NCBI GenBank assembly: GCA_964509365.1
Contig: CAZDWN010000005.1
Span: forward strand, 1-54,707
Reading direction: 5' to 3'
Length of the DNA: 54,707 bases
From: an uncultured Pseudomonadales bacterium
GTDB lineage: Bacteria > Patescibacteriota > Microgenomatia > UBA1400 > UBA12028
Shown: positions 1-8,018 of the stretch, piece after piece
How the letters are laid out: each line of letters begins with the position of its first letter
How positions within the stretch are numbered: the first letter of the stretch is position 1
The notes under the pieces: generated by a model
The model's database searches: none
Told to the model about the DNA's origin: nothing
The model's input: the letters and a program-made list of their open reading frames with translations, nothing else
Translations under genes and position numbers: made by a program

Positions 1-58
1 ATAGTCTTCCGGCAACGGATCGCGAAAATAGGTCAAGGCCAAAACAAAGGGTTTTATA

Positions 59-88
59 TTGACTTCACACACTTCATTCTTCTACACT
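59..88 (+). promoter_or_regulatory. candidate sigma70-type promoter
   Basis: TTGACT (59-64), 18-nt spacer, TACACT (83-88), upstream of ORF 156..440. Hexamer match only. Confidence 0.3.
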
Positions 89-104
89 GAATACATAGCA
101 AATC

Positions 105-136
105 CGCCTTCGTCCGTCAGCTGACAGACTACGGCG
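105..136. repeat. imperfect 32-nt palindrome (possible operator or hairpin)
   Basis: CGCCTTCGTCCGTCAGCTGACAGACTACGGCG, centred on the perfect palindrome GTCAGCTGAC (116-125). No T-run follows. Confidence 0.4.
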
Positions 137-155
137 AGACAAGGGAGTCACGTGT

Positions 156-440
156 ATGAAAAAAGTCGCAAAAAAGAAATCATCCAAAGTAGTCGCCTCA
201 AAAAAGAGTGTCGCTCCAGTCGCTCAAACACATCGAGCCGGATACACTCACTCAAAAGTGTTTAGCAACAACGCCCTGATGGGTCTGGCAGTGTTCTTTG
301 CACTCGTTGGCCTCTTTGTCGTCATGATGTATCAGAAGCAAGCGATGGAGTTTGATCGCTATCAGACAGCCCACAATCAGGAATCTCTCCAATACCTGGC
401 TAAACCATCGACGCCAGCTCCAAAAATGATGAAAAAATAA
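156..440 (+). CDS. small Lys-rich single-pass membrane protein (hypothetical)
   Basis: 94-aa ORF with AAGGGAG 8 nt upstream of the ATG. Lys-rich N-terminus, then one hydrophobic helix (LMGLAVFFALVGLFVVMMY). Confidence 0.6.
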   Translation: MKKVAKKKSSKVVASKKSVAPVAQTHRAGYTHSKVFSNNALMGLAVFFALVGLFVVMMYQKQAMEFDRYQTAHNQESLQYLAKPSTPAPKMMKK

Positions 441-461
441 GGTGTATACTCACCTCTATTC

Positions 462-1526
462 ATGACAGATACGCATGTTTCTCCATTTGATGAAGCCGTC
501 TATGGAAAGCCTTCGACTTGGTTTTCGCATATCGTGATTGTGAGATCAGACGTGAAGCGAGAGTACTTTCTTACTGACGATGCGTATGAGGCGGAAGCCG
601 AATGCATCGATCGAGCCGAAGTGGTCAGGTCAGAAATTGAGAGTCTCGGGATACGCACGACAATTGTCGTCGCTGATGACAATCTGTCTGATAATTTGTT
701 GAAACTCAAGCCCAATCTTTGCATCAATTTTACTGACTCAGTCCGTGGGCACATGCCATCATGCGCTGGAATCCCTACGATTTTTGATCTGCTGGGTATA
801 CCATATGTGGGAGCCAACACGTTGTGTCTCTCAATCAATTGCAATAAATACTTGACCAAGACATTGCTGCAGGCATGGGAGATCCCAACTCCACAGTTTC
901 AGTTGTTTCACAAAGCCACACAAGAGCTCGAGTACGATTTGCGCTATCCGCTTATCCTCAAACTGAATGAAGAGCATGGTTCCGTGGGTATCTCCGAGGC
1001 ATCTGTAGTGACCAATGAGAAAGAACTTCGCGCTCAGTTGCAGTTCCTCATCTCGACATACAAGCAACATGTCTTAGTCGAAGAATTTATCGAAGATGGA
1101 AGAGAGCTGACGGCGCTTGCTCTCGAGTCGGATAAGCTTCGAGTCAATATGAGTGAGCGAGTGTACGAAAAAATTACCGAAAATTTTAAGCTGATTACGT
1201 TTGAGTTCAACTACGCCGATGAGCATGGCATCCCGGTGACGTTTGAGCACAAGCAATTTATCGATCACTCGGGGAAGATTCGTGCAGATATCCGAAAGGC
1301 CTTTGAGATCCTCAAGATGGATGATATCGCCAGGTTTGATATTATGCTGGATAAATATGGGAACCACTACATTATCGACTGTAACAGTAATCCATCGTTT
1401 GGCCCAAATGAGGCAGTGGCAAGTATCGCCAAAGTGAACGGAAAGTCATTCCAGTCAGTCCTCGTCCAGGTACTTTGGCGAAACATGATGGACCTCAAAG
1501 AGCCCTCCACCAGCCTGACAGCGTAA
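462..1526 (+). CDS. ATP-grasp family ligase (D-Ala-D-Ala ligase-like)
   Basis: 354-aa ORF. The central and C-terminal parts show an ATP-grasp pattern (YPLILKLNEEHGSVGISEASVV, LVEEFIEDGRELT, FDIMLDKYGNHYIIDCNSNPSFG). Confidence 0.65.
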   Translation: MTDTHVSPFDEAVYGKPSTWFSHIVIVRSDVKREYFLTDDAYEAEAECIDRAEVVRSEIESLGIRTTIVVADDNLSDNLLKLKPNLCINFTDSVRGHMPSCAGIPTIFDLLGIPYVGANTLCLSINCNKYLTKTLLQAWEIPTPQFQLFHKATQELEYDLRYPLILKLNEEHGSVGISEASVVTNEKELRAQLQFLISTYKQHVLVEEFIEDGRELTALALESDKLRVNMSERVYEKITENFKLITFEFNYADEHGIPVTFEHKQFIDHSGKIRADIRKAFEILKMDDIARFDIMLDKYGNHYIIDCNSNPSFGPNEAVASIAKVNGKSFQSVLVQVLWRNMMDLKEPSTSLTA

Positions 1527-1539
1527 GCTCGCTGGCTGC

Positions 1540-1568
1540 TGGCGAGAAGAGCCTCTCTCTGGTATAAT
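1540..1568 (+). promoter_or_regulatory. candidate extended -10 promoter of rpsA
   Basis: TGG-TATAAT (1560-1568) matches the extended -10 form TGnTATAAT. Weak -35 TGGCGA (1540-1545) at 17-nt spacing. Confidence 0.45.
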
Positions 1569-1601
1569 TGACGCTTCTCAAAGAAAGGGGAAATTTATCG
1601 T

Positions 1602-2774
1602 ATGCCGAAGAAAAAAGTAACCACAGAAGCCGAAGCTAGCGAAACAACCGCAGCAGAGCCAGTCGTCGCACCTCAAAAGAAAGAGGTCGCAAAAGCAAAA
1701 ACCATGGATGAGCTTCTCAAAGCCACCGGGTACATGCTCAAATCTCCAAAGAAAGGAGATCTGGTTACCGGAATCGTAACCTCACTTTCACGAAAATTCG
1801 TCCAAGTTGATATCGGCGGAAAAACCGAAGGAATTGTCACTGACAAGGAATTCGAAGCGGCCGTCGATTTTGCCAGAGAGCTGAAAGTCGGCGAGACCGT
1901 CAAAGCCTTCGTCGTCTCAGCTGAAAATGATCGAGGTCAAATCTTGTTGTCATTTAAGAAAGCTGCAGTCGACCAGAAATGGGATGCCTTCAAGTCAGCT
2001 ATGGATGACGGCACGATCGTCACTGTTCGCGGCTTGGAGCTCAACAAAGGTGGAATGATCGTCTCGTACGAAGGAGTCCGCGGATTCGTCCCGACTTCTC
2101 AGTTTGGGAAGACTGTCATTGGCGAGCTCGAGTCTCTCTTGGGAAAGAGTTTCAAAGTGAAGATTATCGAAGTCGACCGAGAGAAGAATCGATTGATTTT
2201 CTCAGAACGTCACGTCTCTGAAGAGGAACTCATCAAGCAGAAGACCGCCGCTTTGGATGCAGTAAAGGTTGGAGAAGTGTACGAGGGCGTCGTGTCAGGA
2301 ATCCTGTCATTTGGAGCCTTTGTAACTCTCTGTGTGCCTATGGAAGATGGCAGCCAAGGACATATCGAAGGATTAGTCCATATTAGCGAGATTTCTTGGG
2401 AGAAAGTCGAAGACCCAAATAAATACGTCAAAAGTGGAGATACAGTGAAAGTCAAAGTCTTGGCAGTTGATCAAGCTTCTGGCAAACTCACTTTGTCTAT
2501 CAAACAGACCAATGATGATCCATGGGCAATCGCAAAGGAAAAATACCCAGAAGGAACGGTCGTCGCTGGAGTAGTCTCCCGAGTCGCCCAATTTGGTATC
2601 TTTGTTCACTTGGAAGCAGGTATTGATGGTCTCGTCCATATCAGTAAAATTGTAAACATGGAGATGCCACGAGTCGGTGAAGAAGTCAGTGTCACGGTCG
2701 AAAGTGTTGACCCAGGTGCCAGACGTATGAGCCTCTCGATCACTCCGACAGAAGTGCCAGTAGGATACAAGTAA
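1602..2774 (+). CDS. rpsA: 30S ribosomal protein S1
   Basis: 390 aa with four tandem S1/OB repeats (GDLVTGIV.., G.IVTVRG.., GEVYEGVVSGI.., GTVVAGVVSRV..) and repeated GxxGLVHIS motifs. GGGGAAA SD upstream. Confidence 0.9.
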   Translation: MPKKKVTTEAEASETTAAEPVVAPQKKEVAKAKTMDELLKATGYMLKSPKKGDLVTGIVTSLSRKFVQVDIGGKTEGIVTDKEFEAAVDFARELKVGETVKAFVVSAENDRGQILLSFKKAAVDQKWDAFKSAMDDGTIVTVRGLELNKGGMIVSYEGVRGFVPTSQFGKTVIGELESLLGKSFKVKIIEVDREKNRLIFSERHVSEEELIKQKTAALDAVKVGEVYEGVVSGILSFGAFVTLCVPMEDGSQGHIEGLVHISEISWEKVEDPNKYVKSGDTVKVKVLAVDQASGKLTLSIKQTNDDPWAIAKEKYPEGTVVAGVVSRVAQFGIFVHLEAGIDGLVHISKIVNMEMPRVGEEVSVTVESVDPGARRMSLSITPTEVPVGYK

Positions 2775-2786
2775 GGAGCAAAAACT

Positions 2787-2942
2787 ATGAGTAAGCAACG
2801 AATGATCGTCATGGACGACCAGCTACTGGTCGATATGGATCTTCTGTTCAATGCCATTCGCGAAGCGAACGGTGACTGGCAGAAAGTCGAACAGGAAATG
2901 CAAGCCTACCTTGAGGCAGTCCAAGGAATGATTAAAGAATAA
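2787..2942 (+). CDS. small hypothetical protein (51 aa, below the ORF-track cutoff)
   Basis: ATG at 2787 preceded by a strong AAGGAG SD (2773-2778). Frame open to TAA 2940-2942 (MSKQRMIVMDDQLL...QGMIKE). An intrinsic terminator follows. Confidence 0.5.
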   Translation: MSKQRMIVMDDQLLVDMDLLFNAIREANGDWQKVEQEMQAYLEAVQGMIKE

Positions 2943-2948
2943 TCAATA

Positions 2949-2983
2949 AAAGCCCACAAGTAGAAATACTCGTGGGCTTTTTA
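2949..2983 (+). terminator. rho-independent terminator after rpsA and the small ORF
   Basis: AGCCCAC (2951-2957) pairs with GTGGGCT (2972-2978), with inner AGTA/TACT pairs, then TTTTT (2978-2982). Confidence 0.75.
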
Positions 2984-2990
2984 GTTGTCT

Positions 2991-4694
2991 ATGAAAAAAA
3001 ATCCAACTCTTCCTACTTCACTAGAGAATCAACTCAACTCCTTTTTGACTTTACAATCGGAGCGAGTCATGTCACGCCAACTAAGTAATGGTGCGAAAAA
3101 AGAGATGGGTAAGATGTTTGAGTGGATTCGTTCATTTGGAGAAATGTATGCTTTGTCACGAATCCATCGAGCATTGGACGTCGTCAGTGATGACGTCAAA
3201 AAGGCACAAAAATTAGCTAGAGCCTACATTGGAGAAGGAAATCATGATTTTTTTGCCACCTGTGTTGATGGGAGAAACATGCCTACTGTCATGTTCACCA
3301 AACCTCCTCATGTCGGTGGAGTATTGAGAGCGCCTGCAGGTGCTCTCACTGGCTTTATGGAAGGACAGAAAAGTCAAAGCGTGTTCATTGATGATGATTC
3401 TTTCGTAGTTAAACAAATTCAGAAGCTCCTCATTGAGCGTGCAGGTGAAACAATCTTTTATGGATTAGATTCACATTTGGGCTGCGCTGCACGTGGATTG
3501 ATCCATTCCACTGAGGGAGGAAAACAGCTCGATGCAGGACTCCGAAGCGATGTCAAAAGCAAATTAATGACCGCGCGGGGAATAATTCAGTTGCGAGAGA
3601 AACTCGTATCCAACGGTGTTCAAGCGGCAGAAGTCATACCAGTCTTTTTTTCTTACGACCCACATAGTGGTGGAGTCGTATCCGGATTAGAGATGTACGT
3701 GGACGATCCCCAAGTCTCAGAAGAAGGATACACCGACTCGATTCTCGATACGCTCGCGATTGAAGGCAAGATTATTAGGACAATAGACCTTTTAGAAGAT
3801 CCAGAGATATTGCAGCAATTGAATGCGGTGATTCAACCGAGCTCAAGCAATTTTGAGGAGAGATTTGCACAAAGCATGCTGGCAAACTGGAAGGCTGTGA
3901 CTTCACTCTATGACGGTGGGGCAGGTGTCATCTTTGAGAAGATTCTCAAACTATTGGTGCAAGCTTACACGAAGGGGGAGTGGATAATTTCTGATCATGA
4001 CAACATCCAGCTGCACCAGATTTCAAAACGTGCCATCAAACAAAAAGCAAAGTTTCTGCTCAAGAATTTATTGACTCGATATTCCATAGCAGGAGCATCA
4101 CATAAGTGGCCGTACGGGAATCACAAGGAAGATATGGTTGTGATTACAGACGGAGGATATGCACCATTTGAGAAGATCAATGCTTTTGCTGTTTTCTCGA
4201 GGGATTTGAATGCCTTACTTCCAAACACAAAACTGACAATTGACCTTATTCGAGGTTTTCGAAAATCCGGAGGAATAGTCGACCCTGTTGTTGAGTCAAA
4301 ACTGTCGGCCGAAGAATTTTGGAGTGCGCCCGTCTTAATCACAAACAAGGCAGTTTTTAGGCAAGCAAGCGACAAAGCATGTGAAGTTATGGAAAATGTC
4401 GACTTGGCATCAGTATTTTCAAATATAAACTGGGATGATACGAGTGTGCTTTCGTGGAAGAAATCAGATATCGCTGATCTCCTCTTAAAGGTCCATCAAG
4501 TAACACCAGTTTCTTTGCCAATGACTGATAGTCTCGGCTACGTAGATGTGCTATTTGAATTATTTGATAGAATGCGAATCATGATGAAAGACAAATACTT
4601 TCGCCATATGATTTTGAATGGAAATATTGTGATCTTGAACCTCATTGTTGATGCAGATCGCAAGCCCATCGTGATAGTCCCATTTGTGATTTAA
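2991..4694 (+). CDS. uncharacterised CsoSCA-like / beta-carbonic-anhydrase-motif protein
   Basis: 567-569 aa (ATG 2991, or TTG 2985 in the track). It has TCVDGR (Cys codon 3261) and, 71 residues later, SHLGCAARG (His 3474, Cys 3483), which together form the CxDxR...HxxC beta-CA zinc-site signature. AT-rich codons. No SD, and the start abuts the upstream terminator. Confidence 0.8.
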   Translation: MKKNPTLPTSLENQLNSFLTLQSERVMSRQLSNGAKKEMGKMFEWIRSFGEMYALSRIHRALDVVSDDVKKAQKLARAYIGEGNHDFFATCVDGRNMPTVMFTKPPHVGGVLRAPAGALTGFMEGQKSQSVFIDDDSFVVKQIQKLLIERAGETIFYGLDSHLGCAARGLIHSTEGGKQLDAGLRSDVKSKLMTARGIIQLREKLVSNGVQAAEVIPVFFSYDPHSGGVVSGLEMYVDDPQVSEEGYTDSILDTLAIEGKIIRTIDLLEDPEILQQLNAVIQPSSSNFEERFAQSMLANWKAVTSLYDGGAGVIFEKILKLLVQAYTKGEWIISDHDNIQLHQISKRAIKQKAKFLLKNLLTRYSIAGASHKWPYGNHKEDMVVITDGGYAPFEKINAFAVFSRDLNALLPNTKLTIDLIRGFRKSGGIVDPVVESKLSAEEFWSAPVLITNKAVFRQASDKACEVMENVDLASVFSNINWDDTSVLSWKKSDIADLLLKVHQVTPVSLPMTDSLGYVDVLFELFDRMRIMMKDKYFRHMILNGNIVILNLIVDADRKPIVIVPFVI

Positions 4695-4706
4695 AGGTAA
4701 AAGAAT

Positions 4707-5723
4707 ATGTCAGAAAAAAGAACTTTCCATAATTTTCGTGATGCCGTAAAACGAATTGCGAATGAACAGAACTATGATCTCACCGATCCCGCCATGCGTG
4801 CTTTTTGTATGGGCTTTGTTGTGGGTTTGATCGATCAAGGAAAGGTTGATCTCTTGCATGACGAATATGTTCGCGGTAAAGAAGCTGGCGAAAAAGTATT
4901 GGCACGAAGAGATAATTTTTATGCGGGACTTGTTAAAAGCCCAGATCTCTTACTTTCCACGACAGATTCTGTTCATATCGCTGGAGGTGTCTTACCAGTG
5001 GTATTTGGCGAAAAGGAAAATCAACTTTGGCGAGAAATTGTGATAGCAGCTGGTGAGAAGAAATCTATTCAATTTGTGCATCAAGATTTCTCTTTACAAG
5101 AACTTGAGCTTATTGGCGAGTTCGCACGATTTTTGCAAGAAAAGGGAAAAATCCCAACATGTGTAGATGAACGACTGTGGTATGCAAATGGAGAGTACAC
5201 GAAATTGGTTCATTGCGATTGTGGAGCCTGTAAAGGAATTGGACAAGTAATTGGCGCAAAAAGCTCTGTTGAAGACATGCTACATCGAGAGTTTGCTCCA
5301 GGATCAAATAAAAGACCAATCCAACCTGGTATGAGTGATCACAGAAGTACTACCATTTACGTCGACCTGGGCAAAGATTCTCGCACGCTCAACAGAGAAG
5401 CCAGATTACACGCTCGATTTGAGGCGGGACTCCCATTTCATGCGAGTTTTCCAATAGAGTTGCTGAAAGCGTTCATTGTGTTGAAGCGAAAATCAAAAGA
5501 AGGATTTTCGGATGAAAATCAACAAATCCTCATTCAGGCCTGGACCAAATTTAATGTTGGCGTCCCGCGTGCAATAATAGGCGGTCATAATAGAGATGCT
5601 CATCTAGCGGACAATACGCAAATAGTGTTAAACACAAGTGGAGTGGCAAAATCAGGACTTCTCAATACTGTAGTTGAGCAGATCGAGTCTGTACCCCATG
5701 AAAGAGTTCTTCGTATTGCATAA
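4707..5723 (+). CDS. uncharacterised protein with a compressed CxDxR / HxxCG motif pair
   Basis: 338 aa, starting 12 nt after the previous stop, with AAAGG upstream. It has TCVDER (Cys codon 5160) and, 17 residues on, HCDCGACKGIG. Confidence 0.75.
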   Translation: MSEKRTFHNFRDAVKRIANEQNYDLTDPAMRAFCMGFVVGLIDQGKVDLLHDEYVRGKEAGEKVLARRDNFYAGLVKSPDLLLSTTDSVHIAGGVLPVVFGEKENQLWREIVIAAGEKKSIQFVHQDFSLQELELIGEFARFLQEKGKIPTCVDERLWYANGEYTKLVHCDCGACKGIGQVIGAKSSVEDMLHREFAPGSNKRPIQPGMSDHRSTTIYVDLGKDSRTLNREARLHARFEAGLPFHASFPIELLKAFIVLKRKSKEGFSDENQQILIQAWTKFNVGVPRAIIGGHNRDAHLADNTQIVLNTSGVAKSGLLNTVVEQIESVPHERVLRIA

Positions 5724-5734
5724 ATACTCTGAAA

Positions 5735-5764
5735 TTGACTTTCATAGACCAGTTTTGCTATAGT
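5735..5764 (+). promoter_or_regulatory. candidate sigma70-type promoter
   Basis: TTGACT (5735-5740), 18-nt spacer, TATAGT (5759-5764). Predicted TSS near 5771, just before the ATG at 5778. Confidence 0.5.
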
Positions 5765-5951
5765 CTCCCATAAGACTATGGCAGTCCAAGAACGTGAGTC
5801 TCTTCACCAAAAGAGGCAGCTTGCGTCACAGACAGAGGCGCTTGCACCAGCCTGAATACGAACACTGGCTACACCCGAAGCCACCCCATCTCAATTTCCT
5901 GCGTCAATTTTTTCTGCTTTACCAAAACAACTTCTCCCGTACCTTGATCAA

Positions 5952-6623
5952 ATGGGGATCATCCGTCTCGTGAAGGAAGGCTATCGCTTGCAAGGGACGG
6001 ACGAACAAATTTCTACATGGGTAGAAGAAGAGTTTACGCAAGATCTTCGTGACCCGCAGGTTCTCCTTTCGATGCATCCAAATAGACCTGAACAAGTTGG
6101 AGCGCTCCTCATCGTGGGTCGACCAACGTACATCGGTCGGAAGGGCCTTGAGATCGGTGGTGTGATTATTGCTTCCGATCACCCGAACAGAGGTGTCGGT
6201 GGTGCAGCTGACCAACTCATGCGACATGCAATTGAAAAATATGACCCACATTTTGTCATCGGCGCAACTATTAACATTAAAGCCATGCTGTTGCGGAATC
6301 GCGTCACTGAGCCTATGGGATTTAGCAGCATGGCTGGGCGAATTATGTTAAATGAGAACTGGGATGCGCAGATGCTTTATGAAGCTGAGCAAATAGAAGA
6401 ACGTTATGTTCAAGATCATCAGGGAAAGCGACGAAATGCAGTGATCGTCGAAGTGTCTTCTGAGTATCTTGAACCTATTCATCCGTCAATGAAGCGGACA
6501 TATCCAAAACCGTACGATGAGATCCAAGAACAAATCTTTTTTCATCAGCAACTGCTTGGTACAAAGGGAACCGCGAGCGTGATATTACTTTCCATTAAAC
6601 AGAGAGAACGCCTACAGATGTGA
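5952..6623 (+). CDS. GNAT-family N-acetyltransferase (putative)
   Basis: 223 aa. IIASDHPNRGVGGAADQLMRHAI fits the GNAT acetyl-CoA motif R/Q-x-x-G-x-G/A. No SD. The frame is open upstream as far as TGA 5853. Confidence 0.55.
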   Translation: MGIIRLVKEGYRLQGTDEQISTWVEEEFTQDLRDPQVLLSMHPNRPEQVGALLIVGRPTYIGRKGLEIGGVIIASDHPNRGVGGAADQLMRHAIEKYDPHFVIGATINIKAMLLRNRVTEPMGFSSMAGRIMLNENWDAQMLYEAEQIEERYVQDHQGKRRNAVIVEVSSEYLEPIHPSMKRTYPKPYDEIQEQIFFHQQLLGTKGTASVILLSIKQRERLQM

Positions 6624-7028
6624 TAACAGCCACGGAACGTAGATTCCAGCTAATACTCCCTGGAAAGTTCCCCAAGCCAAATCAATAATTGTGATGTCGA
6701 GTGGCCAGTCTTTGACAAACGACAAACTCGTGAGGTCATACGTGGCATACATGACAAAACTCACAAATGCTGTGATCGCGACAACAGATACACTTGGCCC
6801 CCCATAGATTTTTGAAGCCATACTGGCGACGACAAACAGTCCAGCAGCGATGGTGGCTTGCGTCAAGAGTCCGACTGGAAGATTGAAGACTATAGAGTTG
6901 TTCTTCACTTTTGCCAAATAGGAAAGCTTTTGAAAGTAGAGGCGATTTGAGACGAATCCAAGCCAGATCATGTCGACGATGATAAAAATAATGATACTCG
7001 CGAGCAGGGGAAGGATTTTAAATTGCAT
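6612..7028 (-). CDS. DUF2177-like integral membrane protein
   Basis: Preferred start is MQFKILPLL at 7028, which overlaps the fur stop (ATGCAATTTAA). Motifs DMIWLGFV, TYDLTSLSFVKDWP and IIDLAWGTF are typical of DUF2177. Four predicted TM helices. Confidence 0.7.
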   Translation of the reverse strand: MQFKILPLLASIIIFIIVDMIWLGFVSNRLYFQKLSYLAKVKNNSIVFNLPVGLLTQATIAAGLFVVASMASKIYGGPSVSVVAITAFVSFVMYATYDLTSLSFVKDWPLDITIIDLAWGTFQGVLAGIYVPWLLSHL

Positions 7029-7383
7029 GTGCACAAGTATGACACAAACCAAACAATGTTGTGTGGTGATGATGGACTTCAAAACCCTCAATTGTTGTCG
7101 GGCTATCGGTCACACAGTCTATCTTTTGAATGCTGCCGCATCGCTCGCAGACAAGATGGTCATGATGTGACTCCCGTAATTCATACACGATGGTCTGACC
7201 AGTGAGGGTCTGTTTGCACAAGATTCCATCTTCAGAAAGTTTCTCCAGCGCTCGATACACCGATGTTTTATTGACCGACACTCCTCTTGCATCAAGTTGC
7301 GTGAGAAGATCAGGCGCCGACAAAACGTGCAGTGATTGCAGCACAGCGATGATTTCAGCGGAGAGAAGTGCGGGGCGTCCCAT
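7018..7383 (-). CDS. fur: Fur-family metalloregulator
   Basis: 121 aa with an N-terminal winged helix (VYRALEKLSEDGIL), then HHDHLVCERCG and a C-terminal CHTC. This is the Fur/Zur pattern. Confidence 0.85.
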   Translation of the reverse strand: MGRPALLSAEIIAVLQSLHVLSAPDLLTQLDARGVSVNKTSVYRALEKLSEDGILCKQTLTGQTIVYELRESHHDHLVCERCGSIQKIDCVTDSPTTIEGFEVHHHHTTLFGLCHTCAHAI

Positions 7384-7401
7384 AGAAGAGACAATTATAC
7401 G

Positions 7402-7938
7402 CTACTTGAGTAGTGGTAGGGCAGCATCTTGCACCGACAAGATCGGGGTCGAATTTGGGAGCAGCGGCCACTCGACTGCGATCGTTGGATCATTCCACAT
7501 GATGCCGGTACTACTTTCCTTGTTGTAGACGCCACCGGCAATCTTGTACGAGAACTTTGCTTCGCCTGAAAGCACGTAAAACCCATGAGCGAAACCGGCG
7601 GGAATATATAACATCTGATGATTCTCTTCAGAGAGAGTCTCGCCTATCCAATTCCCGTAGGTAGGTGACTGCGGGCGCAAATCAACAGCGACATCAAAGA
7701 CTTCTCCAGCGACGACACTGACTAGTTTTGCCTGCGCATAGGGATCTTTTTGAAAATGAAGCCCTCTTAAAACTCCCTGCTTTGAAGTACTCAAATTGTC
7801 CTGAATAAAGGAATCGTGAATACCAAGTTGCTCAAACTTTGCTTGATTGTAGCTTTCAAAGAAACTACCTCGCTCATCGGTAAATACATCTGGGGAAATC
7901 AGGAGTACATCGGGGATTTTTGTTGGTGTTACGTTCAT
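7402..7938 (-). CDS. rmlC: dTDP-4-dehydrorhamnose 3,5-epimerase
   Basis: 178 aa. IPDVLLISPDVFTDERGSFFESYN, VLRGLHFQ, GEVFDVAVDLR and IPAGFAHGF closely match RmlC/RfbC. Confidence 0.9.
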   Translation of the reverse strand: MNVTPTKIPDVLLISPDVFTDERGSFFESYNQAKFEQLGIHDSFIQDNLSTSKQGVLRGLHFQKDPYAQAKLVSVVAGEVFDVAVDLRPQSPTYGNWIGETLSEENHQMLYIPAGFAHGFYVLSGEAKFSYKIAGGVYNKESSTGIMWNDPTIAVEWPLLPNSTPILSVQDAALPLLK

Positions 7939-8018
7939 AATCTTGGCCTAGTATACAAAACAATTGAAGAATCATCTAGCCTTATCCTACTGTTCTGGTA
8001 TAGCATGGATAGTACGAT

